DNA of 64,000 nucleotides from Stylophora pistillata (taxonomy: Eukaryota). The stretch is from the NCBI RefSeq assembly GCF_002571385.2, contig NW_019218103.1, positions 305,492 to 369,491 on the forward strand, in the 5' to 3' direction. The translations under genes and the position numbers were made by a program. Positions 1 to 13,600 of this stretch are shown one piece after another. Positions within the stretch are counted from its first letter, which is position 1; each line of letters opens with the position of its first letter. Below the pieces are notes generated by a model, which did no database searches, was not told the origin of the DNA, and was given only the letters and a program-made list of their open reading frames with translations.

Positions 1-1910
1 AAACTCTTTCCGTCGATGCTCTTCGTCTTCAATAGGTTTGTTGTACAGAGTTCACAATTGAAGTGAGGAAATGAAAGAGATTGTGTAAAATTGTTAGCGC
101 CATTTTCAAATATGTGTTACTTCTACTTGAGGTTCCTTGTGGTTTGGCAGCAATCTCTTTGAAATTGCTGAAATAGTTTATCAGTCATGTGACTAATTTA
201 ACCGCGTTGTTATTTTCCGCAATATGGATCATTGTTTGGGATATTAGCGCGAAGGAGCATACGAGTTGCTTCGTGTGAGTTTCGATACTACAGAGATTGA
301 TATTCGCTTTGTTCCAGTATTGCTTCATGCGGCACCGAAAGGAAAGAGTTACGTTCACGTGATTACATTTTTACCCTACTTCATCGCCGTCAGACATCAA
401 CAGACTGCTGGTGATTAAGTCAGTTTCTCTGTCGCATGGCAGGCGCGTGCGATTTATTGCATCAGCCATAGATCAACAGAAAATGCCTGCCAAGGTGGGT
501 TCAAAGTCTTAGTTGTAATTTCGATTTGTTTTGTAGTACTGGTACTGAGTATTGGTACTGAGTTTTCATTGATTCACTGACACAGACATGTTTGGAATGT
601 TTGGTCGTTCTCGAAATTTCCTGAGAACCAGACATATTTAACAAAATTTAGAAAGAAATATTTAACAGATAATAGGCTTTGCGTTTTAAAAGCCATCCAT
701 TATGGGGAAGAGTCAACCACAGATTTGAATTAAGATCAACAGCTGAAAAGAATTCTTCCCTGTCGGTCAAAGTTTACAAACATTATTACTGCCACGTGGT
801 CCTCTAGATTTTATTGGCTAAGACAAAACAAAACACTTAACCCTAATTGGCTTGTGTCCAGTACAATTGTTCAAATTGAAACGAAAGAGCGGCTAAAGAC
901 AATTGTTCCCAAGCCACCTCGTCTGCAATTGATATGCTAATATCATGAGTAATATCCATGCTTATTTGTTGTGCCATTTTCTTTCACAGGGATATCTAAT
1001 CCTTCAAGCCCATATCAATGTGGAACAGGACAGTTTAACTGTACAAATGAAAAGTGCATTCCTGCTCATTGGCAGTGTGATAGAGAAAATGACTGTGGGG
1101 ACCATTCAGATGAGGATGGTTGTCGTAAGTACACGACAATTAGACAGAATTTCATTACCAATGAACACATTTCATGTCTGAAAGCAGAAAACCTATATCA
1201 GGAATAAATGTGGGAAACTTGAAATCTGATGTCAGTGACAACCATGACCAGTGTTCACAAAAACTTGCATTTATAGCTCCTGAAGTTTCAGTTTCTCAGA
1301 AGTCGTGTTGGACTGGTATAAAAAATAAACAGGCATATCTCGTTGTTGAAGTAATTGTTGCATTGGTGTCGATATAGCTGACCAAACATGCCAAGCAAAT
1401 GAATTCCGCTGCAACAATGGACGATGCATCTCACAGTCATGGTATTGTGATCAAGCTGATGATTGTAAAGATGGATCTGATGAACACGGATGTGGTATGT
1501 TAACAGATGAACAATGGTTATTTAACCTTTCAATCTTCTGGAGGGATTGACATTAAACTATTTTCTAACAATATAAAGAGGTAATGGATATGGACAAACA
1601 TATCAGTCAAAGAGTGTAATCTAGATCCAATGCAAAACACTTTTCTCACAGAACATTTCAGGCACCACTACCCTGAAAGCAATTTGTTTCTTGTTGGGTA
1701 GTTCTGCTGTTGAAGGAGAAACCAACTGCTTTTAAGGCGAGATTAAGGCAGCTAGTAATTTCTAAACTTGTTCTGTTATTTACTTCTTTTTCAAGTTCAC
1801 TAGCTTTCACATTGAATCTCATAATTGTCCTTAACTTTCATGACAGTTTACTGCATGAAAGTAGAATCAGATTCAGTCATTCTGGTTAAAGAGTCACATT
1901 AAATCCCCTG
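1..1910 (+). pseudogene. Duplicated 5' segment of the receptor, copy 1 (intron 1, exon 2, exon 3)
   Basis: Near-identical to 8993-10308 and to about 11437-13332. LDLa exons 990-1124 and 1378-1494 are intact with AG/GT sites. The copy breaks at about 1910 inside intron 3 and begins before the window. Confidence 0.8.
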
Positions 1911-1970
1911 GCAGTTGGTTTCTCCTTCAACAGCAGAACTACGAGACAAGAAACAAATTGCTTTCAGGGT

Positions 1971-2300
1971 GGATAACTCCGGTCCGCACACTCATCCTTG
2001 CGACAACGACTTCAAAGCGTTTTAGACTGCGACAACGACTTCAAAGCGTTTTATACTTTTTCGAAAGTGTTCGTTTCACTAAACAATAGAAAATGGTTCC
2101 TTTTTTCTTGACAATTTTTGACTAAGAGCGACCTGAACCACGCTGGAATCAGAGACACGCCGGTAGCTGAATGAATGAATGAATGAATGAATGAATGAAT
2201 GAGTGCGATGTTTTGTTGACCAACTGAGAGCGTGCTCACGCGCATTGTGCGGGAAAAGTGGCTGATGCAATAACACCACACTATCACATGCAGCTTACAC
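1971..2300 (-). promoter_or_regulatory. Inverted copy of the receptor promoter, 5'UTR and first ~8 codons
   Basis: Reverse complement matches 10590-10660 closely and about 28410-28710 more distantly. Minus-strand ATG at 1995-1993 and TATAAAA at 2054-2048. Confidence 0.75.
2168..2202. repeat. (TGAA)n microsatellite
   Basis: About 8 units, read directly. Confidence 0.95.
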
Positions 2301-5300
2301 ATTTCATAATTTGGAGTGAGAAGGAGCGAACCAACATCTTAAACGAAAATCTCTTTGGCAAAAATGAATAGAAAAAAGTCTGTTTCTTTGTTGTAAAGTT
2401 TAAAATTAGCGACCTTATGTCCGATGTTTAGGTTATTTGTTTCCTTTCTTTTTCCTTTTGTTTTTTTTCTTTTTCTTTTTTTTGTCACGCCCTGTACATC
2501 TGGGTCAGGAAGAAAACGAAACAGTAAGTATTCGACTAGTCATGCCTGAGGACAGATTTCAGATTCCAACTAACACTTTATGAAAATTTCGTTTTCTAGC
2601 CAGTGTTCCTGTTGCTCATGAGAATTTTTCAGTGTTATAACTCACTCAGATGGTTGATACTCACATCTCATTATATTAATCGCAGGTGTGAATCTCGCTG
2701 AACCATAAATTAGAATATTTATTGGTAAAAACTAGANNNNNNNNNNNNNNNNNNNNNNNNNNNNNNNNNNNNNNNNNNNNNNNNNNNNNNNNNNNNNNNN
2801 NNNNNNNNNNNNNNNNNNNNNNNNNNNNNNNNNNNNNNNNNNNNNNNNNNNNNNNNNNNNNNNNNNNNNNNNNNNNNNNNNNNNNNNNNNNNNNNNNNNN
2901 NNNNNNNGTCTATTTTCTTCTTTGTCATCGATTGTCGCCATGGCTAGAGAAAGTACGAAACACAAATCTGATAAGAGAGACCCGATTAGCAAATACGTCA
3001 ACTTGTCTTGTGACTAGATATATTGGCCAACTTCACCACGCTGCTCTCGGAAACGATGAATGCAATTTGCTCGTTTCCAAGCGGAAGAGAATCCGTATCA
3101 CCGGAACACTTAAAATTTCAAATTCACCTGTAAAGCTGACAAGTTTCATTTCGTTTTTGTTTCCTTTAAGCTGGTGTCTCCATCAGTTGAAGTTTTTCCA
3201 AAAAAGATACAGAATGTTCTTCCTGGCAGTAAGAAACGTTTCCGATCATTTCCTCATCGTCGAACAAAAAAAATCATTATCATCATCATGGCCTTTGATC
3301 AACTCGGAGGAACTTGGACTGCGACAAAATTGACATTAAGTTCTTGTGAATAATACATTAGGGGAGTCTATTTCATCGTTTTTGCAACTTAAGACGACTA
3401 CAGCGAATAGTGAAACGTCTATTTATTTACACACCCTGTAATCTATTATTCTTTCACTACATTTGATAGTTAAACCTTTTGCTTTAGCTGTCAGAGAAAA
3501 TATTTATGCTTATTTTTAAACCTTCAATTTCCCAGGTCGGTACTCAGTTCGCTTCAGGTGCTAATTTCGTCGAATTTGATTTAAGCCAAAGGACGGACTA
3601 CTGAAATAGAATTCCAGTTGGTATGCAACGTCATTTTAAAAACAAACATCGCTGACCTTTCAATTATTTGCATAACTACTTTCGATTCGTTCTCCCTAGT
3701 TTATCGTCGTCAAGTTTGGCTTCACAACTCCTGAAATTCTGTTATCTACTGAGGTTTTTTTTTTTTATTTAGCTCCTTAGGAACTATAAAACATTTCGAA
3801 AGAACAAAAAGACGAGTTAACAAGTTACCTGAAAAACTTGATGATTCAAAGAGAACAGAATTAACTGAACACAACACAGTACCCCGATAAAATTCATAAA
3901 TTTACTCAAGATCGAAAGCGCAGTTCAGCTATGGAAATAATTCAAATTTCGACCCTGTTATCGGTGTTTGTTATGTCTTAAANGGGTGGATCGAAGGGTG
4001 GTTTATTTTTTAGCACGTTTTAAGAGTGATGGGTATTGTTTAGCTGTGAGCCCCGTTTCCTTTAATTGGTAGAAAATGGGTAGACGTGGATAGAAAATTA
4101 TAGCAGGAATATCAGATGATTTCACGGTCGGCATATGAAAAATTGTTGGTCTCGTTCACGCAGAGGTAAAGTGTAAGGGGTTCAAAAGTAATGGATGGCT
4201 AATTGCGTTTACAATTTCACTGATTATTTTTAGTGGAAGCAAAAGTCTACATTACTCTAACAATGCTGGTTTCATTAAGAAGCGTTGCATCGTGACTCAT
4301 CTAAATGCATCTGTTACCAGAGCTTTTTACCGTTTCTTTTTTGTTCTATCTGTTACTGTGCCTTTTGGGTCGTTAGTTTACAGCAGTTATTTGTCGTATT
4401 ACACTTTGAAAAGGGCTTATATAATCCTATTTGTAGCCTCATTATGTCCGTGTGGGGCCTGGATACTAGCCTTTCTGATTATCTTGATGTGCTTTTTTCG
4501 GTTTTAAAGATATCAATGCGATTTTCTCGGCGCCGCAGTAACCAATCCTTAGGCTGGTTTGTATTCTGGCCTCACCGTGACTTTCCCAGCCAGGATGTAT
4601 GCCCTAAAAACTCAAACATTATTCAAAGGAGCCTTCTCCGGACAATAAAAAATAGAAAAGAGTTCTATGTATGACAGCAGATTTGAAGATTGAAATATTT
4701 AACTCATATGCCGTTTGAATTGATCACTTAGGCCGCAGGGATGGAAATATCAGGCTTCTACCAATTACCTCAGTCTGCATCCCCCGCTAATTAAGGATTG
4801 GAGCGTTTGAAAAGACGAACAATTAACAATTGCCTAGTCATCGGTGAATTACAACTTCTGCCTATGGCTGTTTGCGCTCAATAACGCTCTGTAAGTTGCA
4901 TCGCTTGTGTGATTCATGCAACTCTCACTTAGCTTAGCGATACTTTCTAAAATAGACATCACTTACGTTTGCTAAGGCAAACTAACCACAACATTTCAGT
5001 CTGGTCATAGGAGTAAGTTACTACTTGTGTCACTTGTTATTTGCAATGAATTGTGCACGGAACAATTTTCATATTGGTGGGTATCGTTTACCTTGATATT
5101 CAGGCTTAAATATGGGACGAAGGGTGGTGATAAACTGAAATTTTCTTGTATTGATTGATTCTTTCCGCCCTTATCGTTCGCAGTGCGATGGGAAATACTT
5201 TATCAAACTTAGTTTGCCAGGTGACATACGTTCCTAAGAGCCGGACTATGATACTCCAGTGTTTGGCATGTATATTGCCAGGGATGTTTAGCACGACTGA

Positions 5301-6765
5301 CTCACGCGCAGGAAGGCGGAGTTGTGATATCGAACCGGTACAATCGGAAACAAAAATATAACAATCAATACAACCTCTGGAATACAATATCTGTTTTTTG
5401 TTATTTAAGAGGAGGCGGGAAAAATTTACCCCTAGGAAACCAAAAAAATCCATGAAATTAACAAACCACATTCTTCGACAAAGGAAAGAAGCACATGCAG
5501 TCACAGTCTACCAGCAGTTGTCACAGGTATACCACCCTTTCCATGAATTGAGTCACAAGAGCAAACTACCAATGGAAAGCATTGTTATTCTTTGAATTAA
5601 AAGATTTGACGACTTAAATGTTTAAAAACCTCATGCGTCACGATCTTAAATCCAGTTGTTGTTGTTTTTGTTGTTGTTGTCCAGTTATATGTCATAGAAA
5701 CGCTCAGTATGGGTCTCGTCAAATCAGGGAAGCTGTTCTCTTTCTCTGGACCTAGTAGAGTTCATAGACATGTTTTTGGATTAAATGCTGTTTTCAAGGC
5801 CACATTTTCAATGGTATTTCCTTTGTAACTGGGATTACATTTACACCGGCCTTGCTTCACTGCACTCTCTGTGTGTCTAAGTAATCCGCGCGTCCTTTGT
5901 CCTTCAATCCACGCTATTCCGTGTGACCTCTCATTGGCTCTTTTTGTTAATTACTTTTTCTCTGATTGGCTGTTGTAATTACTTTGCTTTGCGCTCTCAG
6001 TAACGTGCATTTTGATGAAAACGGTGTCGCAATTCCCCCAATTAAGTAGTATTTCTAAGATTATCGTTTTCATGGAGTATCAGCCCCTTCGTCTCAGGAA
6101 ACGGTGGACTATTAACACAGCGCACGGCTCTTTAACACAGCGCGAAAGTCGAGTAATCACTTGATACCTTAACCAAAGTATTTACTAAGACATAACCAGG
6201 TTTCCATCAAGATCGTAATGAAAATAAATGGTTTACACACGCGTGATGGCACACTTCGCTCAAAACTGACCATGAAGAAAAAAGTTTTGGATGCATAAAT
6301 TTCGCGTGATATGAATTTTTAAGGTCTCCCTTCCCTGGTGGCACCACCCTTTTCGACTGTTTGCTCCCAGCATTATGAAGAAGCAGTAATACGCTACCTT
6401 TTAGCGGAACCCATTTAGTTCTGATCAAGCCTATTTCAGGCTCTCTGTCAGTACAAGGATGAGAGGTTGAAGATGAGTGGACGAAGAAAACAGAAAACGA
6501 AGAAGTCATTTAACGTTAAAAGCGGACCGAATTGTAAGGTTTTTCCATGCTTGGGACAGCTCGATTTAGTATCAGTTTTCGGATTTGTTTATTTGCTGTT
6601 GTTTTTTCACGACCACGACAGTCCACAGCCAACTCCGAAACATCAATATCTCGTTTGCAACAGACTGAGTTACTTCCTCCTCACCTGTTCTGTTTACCGC
6701 CAGTTGTGGCTACACACTACCAGGAAACTGTTCCATATTTTTCTTGTCTATCTTGCACCTGACCG

Positions 6766-7534
6766 TACGGCGGCCCACAGGGGCAGTACAAAAATATTTA
6801 TCACAGTGCAAAGATATATATTCCAGTACAAAAATATCAATTTCAGTACAAAAATATTTATCCCGGTACAGAAATATTTATCCCAGGACAGAAATGTTTA
6901 TCTCAGTACAAAAATATTTATCACAGTACAAAAACATTTACCCCAGTACAAAAATAATTTTGCAGTACAATAGTATTTTTCCAGTCTCTTTACTTGTCAT
7001 TATCCCAACAGTAATTGTGACTTCTTTTTCTGGCTCTAGTTTGCTTTTCTTTGTCTTGTTTGTCGATTTTTCTCGAAAAAACGAGCTTCTCTCGGACCCC
7101 TTTTTAGCTTTGTACGACTTAAAGCTTGGCAAAGAAAATTTCCTTGTCTTCGGAGAATCCGGCGGTTAAGTGGTGTTGCTTGTAGACGTTGCGGGTGATG
7201 CTACAAGGAAAACCTCTGTGCCACATTTCGGGCAATACCTGTAAGCTGGATCCACGATTTTGAAACTACAGCAATGGCAAAAACAAGGTAGCCGCCAAAG
7301 GTGCCGCCATATTTAACCTCTAGGAGATTACTTCCCACTCCCCACTTGTACTGGAAAAATAGTTTTGTGCTGGGATAAATAGTTTTGTACCGGGATAAAT
7401 AGTTTTGTACCGGGATAAATAGTTTTGTACTGGGATAAATAGTTTTGTACTGGGATCGATAGTTTTGTACTGGGAAAAATAGTTTTGTACTGGGAAAATA
7501 AAATTTGCACTGCATGCCCCTGTGGGCCACTGTA
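6766..7534. mobile_element. Non-autonomous IS3EU-like DNA transposon with tandem-repeat subterminal arms and a decayed cargo ORF
   Basis: Termini TACGG...CTGTA, TIR core GGCCCACAGGGGCA, perfect 6-bp TSD TGACCG (6760-6765 and 7535-7540). About 20-bp tandem units lie in inverted orientation at 6783-6970 and 7347-7510. Confidence 0.85.
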
Positions 7535-8174
7535 TGACCGCCATAACCTTAAATCAACAGGCAGGCGAAGCTAAAAGATGACAAAAACGAAAAAGAAAGC
7601 AGGAAAAAGGGAAGCCAATCAGACTAAGATTTACTAGAAGCTACCATCAAAACAATCCTTTATGATAAAGGATCTAATTTGTGTCGGTTCAGACACCGGG
7701 GCAAAGTTTGTCGGGTGTAGTAACGACCGGAAAAAGACTGATAACACGTATAAAAAAGCCACGGTGATAGGTAGTGTTTTTTCTTAAAATAACTTTTCAA
7801 ATTCTACTAGATCCGGCGACCTGCGANNNNNNNNNNNNNNNNNNNNNNNNNNNNNNNNNNNNNNNNNNNNNNNNNNNNNNNNNNNNNNNNNNNNNNNNNN
7901 NNNNNNNNNNNNNNNNNNNNNNNNNNNNNNNNNNNNNNNNNNNNNNNNNNNNNNNNNNNNNNNNNNNNNNNNNNNNNNNNNNNNNNNNNNNNNNNNNNNN
8001 NNNNNNNNNNNNNNNNNNNNNNNNNNNNNNNNNNNNNNNNNNNNNNNNNNNNNNNNNNNNNNNNNNNNNNNNNNNNNNNNNNNNNNNNNNNNNNNNNNNN
8101 NNNNNNNNNNNNNNNNNNNNNNNNNNNNNNNNNNNNNNNNNNNNNNNNNNNNNNNNNNNNNNNNNNNNNNNNNN

Positions 8175-10308
8175 GAAGTCGTTCTCGCAAGGATGAGTGT
8201 GCGGACCGGAGTTATCCATGTGGCAGTCTGTTTTGTTTATATCTTGACTACGGTTCACACTGGTGAGTTGAAATTGAAGGCATTGAAACCACGTGCAGTG
8301 AAATCAATTTACAAAACTAAATTGTTAAGTTGTAAGATGACTTTCATGAAAAATGAAGTTATTCTTCTCTAAATTTGGATCTTTGTAGTATTTTCTCGCT
8401 TGACGTCGCGCTATGGCGTATTTTCTTCTCAACTGATAACGACAGCCCCTTCTTTTTCTCTCGTTTTTACTTGTCTTGCTATTGCTATGTTCACCTACTA
8501 GGTACCTTCCGAATTTTGTTTTCAAATCTAAGTTTTCCTCTTCGGAACGTGTTCCCCATTTCATGAATCAAAGTACAACTATGATAAATTCATGGCTTTC
8601 AATTTGGCGGTTTTTCAGTGATGCGTAAATATTGCACGCTTTGACTTACGAAAGCTTCAAGTCCATATTTACTATTTTATAAATCAGACCCTATTGGATA
8701 CTTTGTTGTTTTGATTGTATTTTCTCTTTTTGTTGTACTTAAATTTCTACTTAAATCGAAATAAGATTATTTCTAATTTTGGTCAGTCTAGAACCTCCGT
8801 CAGTTCGTAGTTGTTGGTGACGAAAGTCTTACTATCAACAATGCTAACAATGCAAACTTTTACTACGTGGGCGATAGCATCTACGCACGCTATTTCTATT
8901 CATAAGTGTATTCCATCATTCTTTTCGTAGGAGGTCAATACATTATGTTTTCGGAAGGCTTAAGTTGTGTTTCTTGCAGGCTGAAATATTTAAAACTCTT
9001 TCCGTCGATGCTCTTCGTCTTCAATAGGTTTGTTGTACAGAGTTCACAATTGAAGTGAGGAAATGAAAGAGATAGTGTAAAATTGTTAGCGCCATTTTCA
9101 AATATGTGTTACTTCTACTTGAGGTTCCTTGTGGTTTGGCAGCAATCTCTTTGAAATTGCTGAAATAGTTTATCAGTCATGTGACTAATTTAACCGCGTT
9201 GTTATTTTCCGCAATATGGATCATTGTTTGGGATATTAGCGCGAAGGAGCATACGAGTTGCTTCGTGTGAGTTTCGATACTACAGAGATCGATATTCGCT
9301 TTGTTCCAGTATTGCTTCACGCGGCACCGAAAGGAAAGAGTTACTTTCACGTGATTACATTTTTACCCTACTTAATCGCCGTCAGACATCAACAGACTGC
9401 TGGTGATTAAGTCAGCTTCTCTGTCGCATGGCGAGCGCGTGGGATTTATTTCATCAGCCATAGATCAACCGAAAATTCCTGCCAAGGCGGGTTCAAAGTC
9501 TAATTTGCAATTTCGATTTTTTTTGTAGTACTGGTACCTGCAGAGTTTTCATTGATTCACTGACACAGACATGTTTGGAATGTTTGGTCGTTCTCGAAAT
9601 TTCCTGAGAACCAGACATATTTAACAAAATTTAGAAAGAAATATTTAACAGATAATAGGCTTTGTGTTTTAAAAGCCATCCATTATGGGGAAGGGTCAAC
9701 CACAGATTTGAATTAAGATCAACAGCTGAAAAGAATTCTTCCCTGTCGGTCAAAGTTTACAAACATTATTACTGCCACGTGGTCCTCTAGATTTTATTGG
9801 CTAAGACAAAACAAAACACTTAACCCTAATTGGCTTGTGTCCAGTACAATTGTTCAAATTGAAACGAAAGAGCGGCTAAAGACAATTGTTCCCAAGCCAC
9901 CTCGTCTGCAATTGATATGCTAATATCATGAGTAATATCCATGCTTATTTGTTGTGCCATTTTCTTTCACAGGGATATCTAATCCTTCAAGCCCATATCA
10001 ATGTGGAACAGGACAGTTTAACTGTACAAATGAAAAGTGCATTCCTGCTCATTGGCAGTGTGATAGAGAAAATGACTGTGGGGACCATTCAGATGAGGAT
10101 GGTTGTCGTAAGTACATGACAATTAGACAGAATTTCATTACCAGTGAACACATTTCATGTCTGAAAGCAGAAAACCTATGTCAGGAATAAATGTGGGAAA
10201 CTTGAAATCTGATATCAGTGCAGACAACCATGACCAGTGTTCACAAAAACTTGCATTTATAGCTCCTGAAGTTTCAGTTTCTCAGAAGTCGTGTTGGACT
10301 GGTATAAA
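8175..10308 (+). pseudogene. Duplicated 5' segment of the receptor, copy 2 (exon 1, intron 1, intact exon 2), flanked by gaps
   Basis: Signal-peptide exon 8193-8262 ends in GTGAGT. LDLa exon 9973-10107 is intact. This could be the functional 5' end or an allelic contig rather than a pseudogene. Confidence 0.6.
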
Positions 10309-10634
10309 NNNNNNNNNNNNNNNNNNNNNNNNNNNNNNNNNNNNNNNNNNNNNNNNNNNNNNNNNNNNNNNNNNNNNNNNNNNNNNNNNNNNNNNNNNNN
10401 NNNNNNNNNNNNNNNNNNNNNNNNNNNNNNNNNNNNNNNNNNNNNNNNNNNNNNNNNNNNNNNNNNNNNNNNNNNNNNNNNNNNNNNNNNNNNNNNNNNN
10501 NNNNNNNNNNNNNNNNNNNNNNNNNNNNNNNNNNNNNNNNNNNNNNNNNNNNNNNNNNNNNNNNNNNNNNNNNNNNNNNNNNNNNNNNNAGTCGTTGTCG
10601 CAGTCTAAAACGCTTTGAAGTCGTTCTCACAAGG

Positions 10635-13600
10635 ATGAGTGTGCGGACCGGAGTTATCCATGTGGCAGTCTGTTTTGTTTATATCTTGACTACGGTTCAC
10701 ACTGGTGAGTTGAAATTGAAGGCATTGAAACCACGTGCAGTGAAATCAATTTACAAAACTAAATTGTTAAGTTGTAAGATGACTTTCATGAAAAATGAAG
10801 TTATTCTTCTCTAAATTTGGATCTTTGTAGTATTTTCACGCTTGACGTCGCGCTATGGCGTATTTTCTTCTCTAACTGATAACGACAGCCTCTTCGTTTT
10901 CTCTCGTTTTTACTTGTCTTGCTATTGCTATGTTCACCTACTAGGTACCTCCCGAATTTTGTTTTCAAATCTAAGCTTTCCTCTTCGGAACGTGTCCCCC
11001 ATTTCATGAATCAAAGTACAATTATGATAAATTCAAGGCTTTCAATTTGGCGGTTTTTCAGTGATGCGTAAATATTGCACCCTTTGACTTACGAAAGTTT
11101 CAAGTCCATATTTACTATTTTAAAAATCAGACCCTGTTGGATACTTTGGAGTTTTGCTTGTATTTTCTCTTTTTGTTGTACTTAAATTTCTACTTAAATC
11201 GAAATGAGATTATTTCTAATTTTGGTCAGTCTAGAACCTCCGTCAGTTCGTTGTTGTGGGTGACAAAGTCCTTACTATCAACAATGCTAACAGATACAAA
11301 TTATTACTATGTGGGCGATAGCATCTACGCACGCTATTTCCATTCATAAGAGTATTCCATCATTCTTTTCGTAGGAGGTCAATACATTAGGTTTTCGGAA
11401 GGCTTAAGTTGTGTTTCTTGCAGCCTGAAATATTTACAACTCTTTCCATCGATGATTCTCGTCTTCAATAGGTTTGTTGTACAGAGTTCACAATGGAAGT
11501 GAGGAAATGAAAGAGATTGTGTAAAATTGTAGCGCCATTTTCAAATATGTGTTCTGCTTGAAGTTCTTTTTGTCTTTTGGCGGCAACCTCTTTGAAATTG
11601 CTGAAATAGTTGATCAATCATGTGACTAATTTATCCGCGTTGTTATTTTCCGCAATATGGATCATTGTTTGGGATATTAGCGCGAAGGAGCATACGAGTT
11701 GCTTCGTGTGAGTTTCGATACTACGGAGATCAATATTCGCTTTGTTCCAGTATTGCTTCATGCGGCAACGAAAGGAAAGAGTTGGGTTTCACGTGGTTAC
11801 ATCTTTACCCTATCGCCGTCAGACATCAATATATTGGCGATTAGTCAGTTGCTCTGTCATATGGCAAGCGCGTGCGATTTATTGCATCAGCCATAGATCA
11901 ACAGAAAATGCCTGCCAAGGCGGGTTCAAAGTCTTATTTGTAATTTCGATTTTTTTTGTAGTACTGGTACCTGCGGAGTTTTCATTGATTCACTGAGGCC
12001 TGAGACATGTTTGGAATGTTTGGTCGTTCTTGAAATTTCCTGAGAACGAGACATATTTTAAAAAATTTAAAAAGAAATATTTAACAGAAAATAGGCTTTG
12101 TGTTTTAAAAGCCATCCATTATGGGGGAGGGTCAACCACAGATTTGATTTAAGATCAACAGCTGAAAAGAATTCTTCCCTGTCGGTCAAAATTTACAAAC
12201 GTTATTACTGCCATGTGATCCTCAAGATTTTATTGGCTAAGACACAACAAAACACTTAACCCTAATTGGCTTGTGTCCAGTACAATTGTTCAAATTGAAA
12301 GGAAAGAGCGGCTAAAGACAATTGTTCCCAAGCCACCTCATCTGCAATTGATATGCTAATATCATGAGTAATATCCATGCTTATTTGTTGTGCCATTTTC
12401 TTTCAGAGGGATATCTAATCCTTCAAGCTCATATCAATGTGGAACAGGACAGTTTACCTGTACAAATGAAAAGTGCATTCCTGCTCATTGGTAGTGTGAT
12501 AGAGAAAATGACTGTGGGGACCATTCAGATGAGGATGGTTGTCGTAAGTACATGACAATTAGACAGAATTTCATTACCAGTGAACACATTTCATGTCTGA
12601 AAGCAGAAAACCTATGTCAGGAATAAATGTGGGAAACTTGAAATCTGATATCAGTGCAGACAACCATGACCAGTGTTCACAAAAACTTGCATTTATAGCT
12701 CCTGAAGTTTCAGTTTCTCAGAAGTTGTGTTGGACTGGTATGAAAAATAAACAGGCATATCTTGTTGTTGAAGTAATTGTTGCATTGGTGTCAATATAGC
12801 TGACCAAACATGCCAAGCAAATGAATTCCGCTGCAACAATGGACGATGCATCTCACAGTCATGGTATTGTGATCAAGCTGATGATTGTAAAGATGGATCT
12901 GATGAACACGGATGTGGTATGTTGACAGATGAACAATGGTTATTTAACCTTTCAATCTTCTGGTGGGATTTGACATTTAACTATTTTCTAACAATATCAA
13001 AAGGTAATGGATATGGACAAACGTATCAGTCAAAGAGTGTAACCTAGACCCAATGCAAAACACTTTCTCACAGAACATTTCAGGCACCACTACCCTCAAA
13101 GCAATTTGTTTCTTGTTGTGTAGTTCTGCTGTTGAAGGAGAAACCAACTGCTTTCAAGGCGAGATTAAATCAGCTAGTAATTTCTAAACTTGTTCTGACA
13201 TTTACTTCTTTTTCAAGGTCACTAGCTTTCACATTGAATCTCATAATTGTCCTTAACTTTCATGACAGTTTACTGCATGAAAGTAAAATCAGATTCAGTC
13301 AGTCTGGTTAAAGAGTCAAATTAAATCCCCTGGTAACATTTTGTCATTTTGTGTCTACATAGGAGGTATTCACAATTGTCTGACAGCCGCCAATAAATTG
13401 GAAGAATCCATGTACTTGATTATCATTATTAGTAGTAGTAGTAGTAGTCATTGTTATCATTATTAATGGTGGTAGTAGTAGTATTGTTATTACTATTATT
13501 ATTATTATAATTATCAGTTGTATATCTGAGCTTTGAACCAAAATTTTTTTTCTCAGAACAAAATGTGAATTGTAGTGCCCAAGAATTCAAATGTACAAAT

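Noticed and set aside
6783-7510. CRISPR-like ~20-bp repeats and the overlapping repetitive ORFs
   Set aside because: The units are contiguous with no unique spacers, there are no cas genes and the DNA is eukaryotic. They are transposon subterminal repeats.
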